A DNA stretch of 38,305 bases from Sphingomonadales bacterium UBA658. GTDB lineage: Bacteria; Pseudomonadota; Alphaproteobacteria; Sphingomonadales; Sphingomonadaceae. Within the stretch, counting starts at the first letter, position 1, and each line of letters starts with the position of its first letter. The stretch covers positions 1 through 38,305 of the forward strand of contig DBOA01000174.1 in NCBI GenBank assembly GCA_002299195.1, given 5' to 3'. Below are positions 1 to 8,157 of the stretch, piece by piece. Below the pieces are notes generated by a model, which saw nothing but the letters and a program-made list of their open reading frames with translations, was not told the origin of the DNA and did no database searches. Position numbers and translations under genes: made by a program.

Positions 1-1506
1 CATCAGCCACTGAAGTAACGGATTGCCGCCTTCATGATCATCACGCTTCAAGATACGACTGGCAAGGAACGGCACAATTGTCAGCGATACGAGCATCGAG
101 GCGGTAATCGTCGACACGATTGTCGCGATAAAGCTCTGGGTGAATTTGCCCGCGCCCTCCGGCAGGAAGAAAAGCGGAAGGAAGGCAAACACCAAAACAC
201 CTGTTGATCCCAAGACGGCCATGGTGATTTCTTTGGTGCCGTCGATCGCCGCTTGGTTCCTGCCTTTGCCCATCCGCAAATGCCGGGCGATGTTTTCGAC
301 AACGACAATCGAGTCATCCACCAGCAAACCAAGCGTGAGAATAAAGCCCGCGACCACAAGCTGGCTAAGGTTAAATCCATATGCCGAAATCGCCAGCAAT
401 CCCGAAGCAACCGACAGCGGAATCGATATCATCACAATCACCGACGCGCGCCAGCCCAATGGCAGCAGCGTGATCAGCACCAAAAACAGCGCAAGGGTAA
501 AGTCGCGCGCAAGTTCCTGAAGACGCTTGCGAATATCCCGGCTTTGATCAAACTCAACGACCGCCTTTATATCGGGCGGAAGCAGCTTCTTTTGAATCTC
601 AAGCTCTTGGATTAACCGGTTACGAAGCTTGGTCGCGTCTGTGCCCTGTTTTTGGTTGGCCGTAATGAAGACCCCGCGTTGGCCATTGTGACTGACCTTT
701 ACGCGCTGTTCAGCCGATCCCATTTTAATGTCTGCAACATCGTCGACGCGCAATAAGGTTCCGTCATTGGTACGGATGGGCAAATTGCGTATGCGATCAA
801 GGTCGCGAAACGCGCCCCCTGCTTCGATGTTAAAACGGCGTGCGCCACTGGTGACGGCACCTGCAGGAACATCCGCTCCAGCAAGACGGATCGCGTCAAC
901 CACGGCGCTTGCGGGAATGCGTAACTCGGCCAAACGTCCCGAGTTGATGGCGACGGTTATTTCGGGTTGAGGCAGCCCATAAATTTCGGACTGCCGCACT
1001 TCTTTGTAACGCCCCAGCGCTTCGCTGATATCCCGCGCATATTTTTCCATGCGGTACCAACTGGCCGTCTCGCTCAGCAAAGCGATCTGCAAAATGGATG
1101 AATTCGTCGTCCGAATTTTCTCGAACTGAAGTTTTTGCAGATCGGCAGGGAGTTGGCTGCGGATGGCCGTCACTTCGCGGACGGTGTCGTTGAAATATTG
1201 GTCAGGATCACCCGACCAGTCGAATTCCGCCCGAATGACGGCGTTGCCATCGCTGCTTGTCGAATTTACGCTTTGAACGTCTTCCAGGCCCTGAACCAAC
1301 TCTTCGATTGGCTTGGTAATCGTCTGCTCAATCTCCGCTGCGTCCGCACCCGGTTGCGCGGCAACGATGGACACGACAGGCATCGAAAAATGCGGATCAA
1401 CCGCGCGTGGCACCTGTTGGAATGCTGAGAATCCAAGCGCGCACAGCAGCGTAAAAAGCACTAAGGTTAATTGCCACCGGCGGATGGCGATTTCGGCGAT
1501 ATGCAT
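1..1506 (-). CDS. RND efflux transporter permease subunit (AcrB/AcrD/AcrF family), N-terminal ~502 aa, runs off window
   Basis: Absent from the ORF track (open at the window edge). Manual translation from ATG at 1506 gives MHIAEIAIRRWQLTLVLFTLLCALGFSAFQQVPRAVDPHFSMPVVSIVAAQPGADAAEIEQTITKPIEE, a typical AcrB N-terminus. It lies 3 nt downstream of an RND membrane-fusion gene. Confidence 0.93.
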   Translation of the reverse strand, partial: MHIAEIAIRRWQLTLVLFTLLCALGFSAFQQVPRAVDPHFSMPVVSIVAAQPGADAAEIEQTITKPIEELVQGLEDVQSVNSTSSDGNAVIRAEFDWSGDPDQYFNDTVREVTAIRSQLPADLQKLQFEKIRTTNSSILQIALLSETASWYRMEKYARDISEALGRYKEVRQSEIYGLPQPEITVAINSGRLAELRIPASAVVDAIRLAGADVPAGAVTSGARRFNIEAGGAFRDLDRIRNLPIRTNDGTLLRVDDVADIKMGSAEQRVKVSHNGQRGVFITANQKQGTDATKLRNRLIQELEIQKKLLPPDIKAVVEFDQSRDIRKRLQELARDFTLALFLVLITLLPLGWRASVIVMISIPLSVASGLLAISAYGFNLSQLVVAGFILTLGLLVDDSIVVVENIARHLRMGKGRNQAAIDGTKEITMAVLGSTGVLVFAFLPLFFLPEGAGKFTQSFIATIVSTITASMLVSLTIVPFLASRILKRDDHEGGNPLLQWLM

Positions 1507-1509
1507 GTG

Positions 1510-2565
1510 TTAAGGCTGCGTCGCAATAATGCGCACAGGCGATCCGGTTCGCAGTTTTTCCAACCCCGACGTCACAATCTTGTCACCCGGCTTTATACCA
1601 CCGGACACAGTAACGAATGTGTCAGAGACAGTTTCAATCGCGACATTGCGCGTTTCGACGCGATTGTTTTTTGCGACAACATAGACAAGGCCTTCGCCGG
1701 TGCGGACGCCGAACAATGCGGTAGCCGGAATCTGCAGCAAGTCGCCGCTTTCCATGGCAGGAAGCTTAATATTGGCCGTTCCAATTTGCCCCGATCGCAA
1801 GTTTGCGCGCGAGGGCAGCCGGAATTGCACGGTGAACGCGCCCGTTGCCTCATTCGCGCGTCCATCGATTTCTGAAATGGTGGCCGAAACAGGAGCGTCG
1901 CCCACGGACTCAATCATGATGTCCGCCGTCATGCCAACGCGCAATTTTGACGCGTCACGGTCGACGATGGGCACGCGAAAGACAAAGCCCTCATCGGCTT
2001 CACCCAGAATAAGCGCTGGCGTACCCGCAGCGATAACTTGTCCTGGTTGGACGTTGCGCTGCAGGACGACGCCGCTTGATGGTGCATACAGCTGCGCTGT
2101 GCTGCGCGCAAAGCCAGCCTGCCGGACGCGGGCGTCGGCGGCTTTGACAGCGGCGTCTGCCGCTTCGAAACGCGCTTTGGTTATCCAGCCATCGGCATAT
2201 AGCGAACGCACGCGTTCAAACTCTGCGCGCGCACGGTCTCGTTCAGCGACGGACACGCTTACGTCAGCGCCAACAGTCGTGGAATCCAACGCCGACAATA
2301 ATGCGCCGCGCTTTACAAAATCACCTTCTTCAAAGCGAACAACGGCCACTTTCCCAGGGGTGGTGAAGCCAAGCGGCGTTTCCCGCCGATACCGCACCGT
2401 TCCCACCGCGCTAATTTCACGCTGAAGGCTTTCCTTTTCCACGGTAAACACGCGCACAACCTGTGCTGTTTCGACCGCAGCCTTCTTGCTGTCCGATGTC
2501 TCACCACAGCCGGCAAGTGCAACGATCGGCAAAAGCCCAATCAAAAATCTCTTCGATGTAGGCAA
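1510..2565 (-). CDS. RND efflux periplasmic adaptor (membrane fusion protein), lipoprotein
   Basis: Lipobox LAGC, biotinyl/lipoyl-like GKVAVVRFEEGDFVKRG and LYAPSSGVV motifs, C-terminal SGGIKPGDKIVTSG. Start moved from 2808 to TTG at 2565, which follows a GGGGAGAG RBS and avoids overlap with tsaC. Confidence 0.9.
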   Translation of the reverse strand: MPTSKRFLIGLLPIVALAGCGETSDSKKAAVETAQVVRVFTVEKESLQREISAVGTVRYRRETPLGFTTPGKVAVVRFEEGDFVKRGALLSALDSTTVGADVSVSVAERDRARAEFERVRSLYADGWITKARFEAADAAVKAADARVRQAGFARSTAQLYAPSSGVVLQRNVQPGQVIAAGTPALILGEADEGFVFRVPIVDRDASKLRVGMTADIMIESVGDAPVSATISEIDGRANEATGAFTVQFRLPSRANLRSGQIGTANIKLPAMESGDLLQIPATALFGVRTGEGLVYVVAKNNRVETRNVAIETVSDTFVTVSGGIKPGDKIVTSGLEKLRTGSPVRIIATQP

Positions 2566-2689
2566 TTTGCTCTCCCCTGCACTGCTATAATCCACCTGAT
2601 AGGCGAAAGCGCGCTTGGATGAAATAGCATCCTGATATGCAACTGATTTTTCTAGTTCGACGGCCTCAACAGGATGCCCGCAGCCCACT

Positions 2690-3649
2690 TCACCGGATAG
2701 ATGCCCGCTGCAGCCGGTCGTTAATCGCAACGCCAATCCCTTCGTGCGGTATCGGCGCGACCGATATGGATAATGCGGCGCTGGCATCGGCCCTGTGCAA
2801 TGCGTCAAACAGATTGGCTGCGGCCTGCGCTAGGTCGCCTGACGCGGACAAATTATCATTGCCCGCCATTGCGCCGAACCCGATGTGCCATTCGCCCGGA
2901 TCTGGTTGGATCGCGTTTAAGCGAAGAACCTTTGACGGTGCATAATGGCTCGCCAATTGCCCCGGCGCTTCGATATTTTCTCCGGAGGCCGCCAAGGGGC
3001 TCGTCCCTAGAACCCGCTCAATATCCGCCGCGGTGACTGGCCCCGGCCTCAATATCTGCCAACCATTGTCACGCACCGCAACAATGGTGGATTCGAGTCC
3101 CGCAGAACAAGGCCCCCCGTCCAAGATCATCGGAACCGCACCGCCAATCCCCGCAAGCACATGTTCGGCGCGGGTCGGGCTTATGCCCCCACTTTTATTG
3201 GCCGACGGTGCCGCAATGTTCAGGCCCGTTTTTTTAAGCAGCGCCTGCATGACGGGATGGGCGGGGCAGCGTAATGCAATTGTCGGCAACCCGGCCGTGA
3301 CGGCACCAGCAATGTCGGCGTCAGGCCGCAGAGGCAGCACCAGCGTCAGCGGCCCCGGCCAAAATGCTTGTGCCAATTGATGTGCCATAGGGCTGAATTC
3401 AGCCAAGTTTTCGGCGGCTGATTGGTCGGCGACATGCACAATCAATGGATTAAAGTCCGGACGACCCTTTGCCGCATATATCTTGGCAACTGCATCGGCA
3501 TTGCTGGCGTCCGCCGCGAGGCCATATACCGTCTCAGTGGGAATCGCGACGATTTGGCCGGAACGTAAAAGCTCCATCGCCGCCGTTATTGCAGCGTCAT
3601 CAGCGGGCAGGACCCAGCCATTCCCCAAGGTATTTGAGCCAAACATCAT
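2690..3649 (-). CDS. tsaC: L-threonylcarbamoyladenylate synthase (Sua5/YrdC with SUA5 C-terminal domain)
   Basis: Motifs AIPTETVYGLAA, KGRPxxNPLIVH, FWPGPLT, APSANKSG, APGQLASHYAP, AINDRL. Confidence 0.95.
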   Translation of the reverse strand: MMFGSNTLGNGWVLPADDAAITAAMELLRSGQIVAIPTETVYGLAADASNADAVAKIYAAKGRPDFNPLIVHVADQSAAENLAEFSPMAHQLAQAFWPGPLTLVLPLRPDADIAGAVTAGLPTIALRCPAHPVMQALLKKTGLNIAAPSANKSGGISPTRAEHVLAGIGGAVPMILDGGPCSAGLESTIVAVRDNGWQILRPGPVTAADIERVLGTSPLAASGENIEAPGQLASHYAPSKVLRLNAIQPDPGEWHIGFGAMAGNDNLSASGDLAQAAANLFDALHRADASAALSISVAPIPHEGIGVAINDRLQRASIR

Positions 3650-3700
3650 TCGCGGCTATAGGCCTTGGTCGACACGATTTAACAGGATTTTTTATTGATC

Positions 3701-5437
3701 ATGGCCTTTTCTGCACCCGTTACTGAACAAGCATTTGTCCTGAAGCATATCGTAGGTATCGAAGCCTTGTCGCAACATGAACGCTTCGCCGATGCCAAGC
3801 CCGATATGGTGCAAGCAATTGTGGAAGGCATTGGCGCATTTGCGGAGGGCGAATTTGCGCCACTCAACCGCATCGGTGACACCGTTGGTGCGCGTTTGAA
3901 AGATGGCAAAGTGGTCATGCCCGAAGGTTTTGTCGCGGCCTACAAAGCCTATGTCGCCAATGGCTGGGGCTCGATAAACGCACCGTCGGCGTTCGGCGGC
4001 CAGGGCCTGCCATTTTCGATGGCGACCGTTGCGCTCGATTCCTTGGGCGCTGCGAACATGGCATTTGCCCTGTGCCCGATCCTGTCGGTTGGCGCGATCG
4101 AAGCCATCAACCACCATGGGTCAGACCGGCAAAAGCAGCTGTTCCTGCCCAAACTATCAACCGGCGAATGGTCAGGTACGATGAACCTGACGGAGCCGCA
4201 GGCAGGTTCCGATGTCGGCGCGCTTAAATCGACCGCGACGCCGCGCGGCGATGGCACCTACCAAATCAAAGGCACCAAAATATATATCAGCTTTGGTGAC
4301 CATGATATGGCCGAAAACATCGTCCATCTCGTGCTGGCCCGCACGCCCGATGGCCCAGCTGGCACCAAGGGTATCTCGCTGTTTCTGGTCCCGAAATATC
4401 AGGTGGGCGAAGATGGCAGCATCAGCAACGCGAATGATATCAAGGTCGTATCAATCGAACATAAAATGGGCATTAATGCCTCCCCAACATGCGTTCTCGC
4501 GTTTGGCGAAGAGGGTGAATGTATTGGCGAACTGATCGGCCCTGAATTCGGCGGCATGCGTGCGATGTTCACGATGATGAATAACGCGCGGCTAAATGTA
4601 GGGTTGCAAGGCGTTCAAATTGCCGAAGCCGCCACGCAAAAAGCCATCTGGTTTGCCCGTGAACGGGTTCAATCGGCCAAAGCAAGCGGACCGTCGCGCG
4701 AGTCCGTCGCGATTGTCGAGCATCCTGATGTCCGCCGCATGCTGCTGCGTATGAAAGCGGGCACGCAAGCGATACGGGCCTTGCTCTATCTGGCCTCGGG
4801 CTATGTTGACCGCGCCACGCTCGGCGAAGCTGGAGCGCAGGACATGGTTGATCTGCTGACGCCGCTTGCCAAGACCTACGGCACCGACATGGGCAGCGAG
4901 ATCGCCTCGCTGGGCATTCAGGTGCATGGCGGAATGGGCTTTGTTGAGGAAACCGGCGCAGCCCAGTTTTACCGGGATATCCGGATTGCCGCCATTTATG
5001 AAGGAACCAACGGCATTCAGGCCGCCGATCTTGTCGGGCGTAAACTCGCGATGCAAGGCGGTGATGTCATTCGAAACCATCTCGCGGCCATTTCGCAAGA
5101 CGCCACCGACCAGCCGGGCCTTTCGGCATTGAGCGCGGCCTGCGCGGAAGTGACCGAATATATGTTGAGCACGAGCGTGGATGATCGCCTCGCGGGCAGT
5201 TACGCCTACACGAACATGATGTCCGTCGTGACCGCAGGGTGGTTGATGCTGAAGCAATTGCGGGCGGCACAAATGGAAATCGACGCCGGAGATACGAGCG
5301 CGTTCCTAAAGGCCAAAATCGTTGCCTGCCGTTACTATCTGGATGTCATGGTTCCCGAAGCCTTTGCCTTCAAAGGTAGCGCAATGGCCGGTGCCGACTT
5401 GCTCTACGCATTGGATGCCGAGGATTTGGCGGCTTGA
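3701..5437 (+). CDS. Acyl-CoA dehydrogenase with C-terminal extension (DmdC/MmgC-like long form)
   Basis: Motifs GTMNLTEPQAGSD, GTKIYIS, EHKMGINASPT, QVHGGMG, IYEGTNGIQAADL. ATG at 3701 preferred over TTG at 3695. Confidence 0.93.
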   Translation: MAFSAPVTEQAFVLKHIVGIEALSQHERFADAKPDMVQAIVEGIGAFAEGEFAPLNRIGDTVGARLKDGKVVMPEGFVAAYKAYVANGWGSINAPSAFGGQGLPFSMATVALDSLGAANMAFALCPILSVGAIEAINHHGSDRQKQLFLPKLSTGEWSGTMNLTEPQAGSDVGALKSTATPRGDGTYQIKGTKIYISFGDHDMAENIVHLVLARTPDGPAGTKGISLFLVPKYQVGEDGSISNANDIKVVSIEHKMGINASPTCVLAFGEEGECIGELIGPEFGGMRAMFTMMNNARLNVGLQGVQIAEAATQKAIWFARERVQSAKASGPSRESVAIVEHPDVRRMLLRMKAGTQAIRALLYLASGYVDRATLGEAGAQDMVDLLTPLAKTYGTDMGSEIASLGIQVHGGMGFVEETGAAQFYRDIRIAAIYEGTNGIQAADLVGRKLAMQGGDVIRNHLAAISQDATDQPGLSALSAACAEVTEYMLSTSVDDRLAGSYAYTNMMSVVTAGWLMLKQLRAAQMEIDAGDTSAFLKAKIVACRYYLDVMVPEAFAFKGSAMAGADLLYALDAEDLAA

Positions 5438-6246
5438 ACGAACACACGCTCAAACGCATTGCTGAGGCGCTGGAGCGGCTTTCACCGCCGCCAGCGCCAC
5501 CGACGGACCTATCGTCCCATCCGGCCTATCATTGGAACGGCACGGCACTGGCCCCAGTGCATGATTTCAAGCCACTGCCGCTTGACCTTATCGTTGGTAT
5601 CGACCGGCAGAAAGCCGACCTGATCGAAAACAGCAGGCGGCATGCTTCGGGTGCTGCAGCGCATGATGTGCTTTTGTGGGGCGCGCGCGGCATGGGGAAA
5701 TCCGCGCTTGTCAAATCGGTGGTCGCGGCGTTGCAAGAAGAAGGCTTTTTCATTGCGCTTGTCGAGGCGGCGGCGAACCAAATCACCAGCATGCCTGCAT
5801 TATTCGACGAGCTTGCCGCATCGGGCCGCCGATATCTGTTGTTCGTGGACGATATCTCTTTCGAGCCCAATGACCAAAGCGCGCGTCTGTTGCGGTCGCT
5901 GCTGGAAGGCGGCGTTGAAGCCCGCCCGAACAATGTTCGCTTGTGCGTGACATCAAACCGCCGGAACATCGTCGAAAGAGAAAATGGCGCGGATCCGGAT
6001 ACGGGCGGCCGTGACGCCGTGGATGATAGCCTAGCGCTGGCGGACCGGTTTGGCCTTAAGCTCGGTTTTCAATATCCCGATCAGGATGCCTATCTGAAAA
6101 TGGTGGGCAGTTACGCGGCGCATTTCGACCTCGATTGGGACGAGGCAGATGCCTTAAGTTTCGCGCAAAGCCGTGGCGGCCGGTCGGGCCGCATAGCATG
6201 GCATTACACAGTGGAACTTGCCGGCCGCGCGGGCCGACGGATTTAG
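5434..6246 (+). CDS. DUF815-family AAA+ ATPase
   Basis: Walker A GARGMGKS, Walker B LLFVDD, TSNRR, LADRFGL and GGRSGRIA motifs. The TTG start overlaps the upstream stop (TTGA). Confidence 0.88.
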   Translation: MNEHTLKRIAEALERLSPPPAPPTDLSSHPAYHWNGTALAPVHDFKPLPLDLIVGIDRQKADLIENSRRHASGAAAHDVLLWGARGMGKSALVKSVVAALQEEGFFIALVEAAANQITSMPALFDELAASGRRYLLFVDDISFEPNDQSARLLRSLLEGGVEARPNNVRLCVTSNRRNIVERENGADPDTGGRDAVDDSLALADRFGLKLGFQYPDQDAYLKMVGSYAAHFDLDWDEADALSFAQSRGGRSGRIAWHYTVELAGRAGRRI

Positions 6247-7565
6247 CTTTTCGCCCGAACCCGCCAAACAACATTGCCCACATCGTCGCTGACCAAAAGC
6301 GAACCGTCTTTTGCAATCACAAGCATCGTTGGCCGACCCTGCGCTTTGCCGTCTTTGTCCAGGAACCCAGTCAAAATGTTGACTGGCTTTCCGGCAGGCT
6401 CGCCTTTTGGAAAGGGCACAAAGATGACATCATAGCCAGACACAGGCTTGCGGTTCCAAGAGCCGTGGCGCGCAACAAACGCACCATCGGTCAGTCCGGC
6501 ACCCAATTTACCCTTATAGCCAAAGGCAAGGCCCAAGGGGGCCGTATGCGCACCCAAGGCGTAATCAGGGCGGCGTTCATATTCCCGCTTTTCTGGTTTC
6601 GGTGGTGAAACGCGATGATCGGTAAAGCCGCCCCAATAATGCTGCGGCCAACCATAATCGGCGCCAAATTCCACAAGGGCCAGATAGTCGGGCACCAGAT
6701 CCGAACCAAGCATGTCGCGTTCGTTGACAACCGTCCACAGGCGTCCACGGCTATCCCAATCGAGGCCAACGGGGTTGCGCAACCCGATGGCATATGGAAT
6801 TTTCTTGTCCTTCGCGATGTCATATTCGAACACCATCGCGCGGCCATTTTCGAGCTCCATCCCATGTTCAGCAATGTTGCTGTTTGACCCGACCGATATG
6901 TAAATCTTCTTTCCATCGGGCGATGCGGCAAGGTTGCGCGTCCAATGGTTGTTTGGCGCCTTTGCATTAAACTTTGTAAGCTCTTTGCCCTTCGCGGTAA
7001 TTTGGGTGTCGCCTGTCTTGTAAGGAAAGGCCATCAATCCATCGGTGTTCGCGACGTAAAGCGTGTCGCGGATCAGCACCATGCCAAATGGCGAATTCAA
7101 CCCCGTCAGGAACGCTGTTTTCAATTCAGCTTTGCCATCTCCATTGGCGTCACGCAGCAATGTGATGCGGTTGGCAGACGGCACACCCGCGCCAGCCTTG
7201 GCCATCAGCCATTTCATGACGAACCCTTCAACACCGCCAGCTTCGCGCGGCGGAGAATTTGTTTCGGCGACGAGAACGTCACCATTGGGCAGGACATACA
7301 TGTTGCGGGGATGGTCGAGACTTTCTGCAAAGCGCTCGACAACCAGACCCGGCGCAGCGGTTGGTGCTTCGCCGGCTTTCCAGCGGTCAACCTCAGCAAC
7401 CTTAATGGTCGGGAAAATCTGTTCGCGGCCCTCCGTGATATTAGGCTTAGGCCCGGTCACTGCATCCAACGGCAATTGCGCGACGTCAGGGCGCGTAATG
7501 TACCACACGCCGGCAAGCGCCAACGCGATGAATATCAACGTAATATTGCGAACATGCTTCCACAT
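6243..7565 (-). CDS. PQQ-dependent sugar/sorbosone dehydrogenase family protein (beta-propeller)
   Basis: N-terminal membrane anchor; motifs LDHPR, LPNGDVLVAETN, NHWTRN, GLRNPVG, VNERDMLG, HGSWNR, GRP..DD. Confidence 0.9.
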   Translation of the reverse strand: MWKHVRNITLIFIALALAGVWYITRPDVAQLPLDAVTGPKPNITEGREQIFPTIKVAEVDRWKAGEAPTAAPGLVVERFAESLDHPRNMYVLPNGDVLVAETNSPPREAGGVEGFVMKWLMAKAGAGVPSANRITLLRDANGDGKAELKTAFLTGLNSPFGMVLIRDTLYVANTDGLMAFPYKTGDTQITAKGKELTKFNAKAPNNHWTRNLAASPDGKKIYISVGSNSNIAEHGMELENGRAMVFEYDIAKDKKIPYAIGLRNPVGLDWDSRGRLWTVVNERDMLGSDLVPDYLALVEFGADYGWPQHYWGGFTDHRVSPPKPEKREYERRPDYALGAHTAPLGLAFGYKGKLGAGLTDGAFVARHGSWNRKPVSGYDVIFVPFPKGEPAGKPVNILTGFLDKDGKAQGRPTMLVIAKDGSLLVSDDVGNVVWRVRAKS

Positions 7566-7576
7566 TATTCTGACCC

Positions 7577-7762
7577 TTATGTGCTTCGTTTACGATCAAA
7601 CAACCAAACCGCCACCGCGATCATGCTACCGATTCCCATACCGATAACCAATCCGGCGGACGGTTGATCGAATGCTACGCCGAGGATAGCGCCGATCAAT
7701 AAACCGAGAGCGACGAAAATGCCGCCAGCAAGGCGGGGCTGATTGTTTTGTGTTTCAGACAT
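7577..7762 (-). CDS. Small two-helix membrane hypothetical protein (61 aa)
   Basis: MSETQNNQPRLAGGIFVALGLLIGAILGVAFDQPSAGLVIGMGIGSMIAVAVWLFDRKRST: two Gly-rich hydrophobic segments and a basic tail; 11 nt upstream of the dehydrogenase on the same strand. Confidence 0.75.
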   Translation of the reverse strand: MSETQNNQPRLAGGIFVALGLLIGAILGVAFDQPSAGLVIGMGIGSMIAVAVWLFDRKRST

Positions 7763-7938
7763 AAACGCTCTTTGCCACCAAGTGCCGCAGCCTAGCAAGC
7801 CCGATGTTCATGCTTAATGTGCGCTAACCAATTGCTTTGACGGAAACGCGACACGCAAGTTGTAATAAGGCGTTGCAGATGGGCCAATCCCCCGGGCCTG
7901 TCTGCGCCCCAAAACAACCATCGAAAGCCGCTGTCTGT

Positions 7939-8148
7939 ATGTATCTGCCGCTCTATGTCGAACCGCGGGACGTCGCTGAAGCCACGACGTTAATGGACAC
8001 ATTCGGTCCCAAAGCGGGCATCGAAGCCGCCGAACGTGCGGTACAGAGCCGTAATGTTGGCAATCATCTGCATTATTGCCGCTGGCGCCAGATCGAACGT
8101 CTCATCATCATGCTGAGCGCGAACACAACTTTGGGAACCATCCACTGA
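7939..8148 (+). CDS. Small hypothetical protein (69 aa)
   Basis: MYLPLYVEPRD...AGIEAAERAVQSRNVGNHLHYCRWRQIERLIIML...GTIH. Fills the gap and converges on putA; resembles small conserved sphingomonad proteins (from recall). Start uncertain (7837 vs 7939). Confidence 0.7.
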   Translation: MYLPLYVEPRDVAEATTLMDTFGPKAGIEAAERAVQSRNVGNHLHYCRWRQIERLIIMLSANTTLGTIH

Positions 8149-8157
8149 CGTTTTAAA

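Noticed and set aside
2566-2808. 81-aa N-terminal extension of the RND adaptor in the ORF track
   Set aside because: Overlaps tsaC and buries the lipoprotein signal; an RBS-preceded TTG at 2565 fits better.
7814-7830. Possible CtrA box TTAA-N6-CTAACCA
   Set aside because: Both spacing and second half-site deviate from TTAA-N7-TTAA; not supportable.
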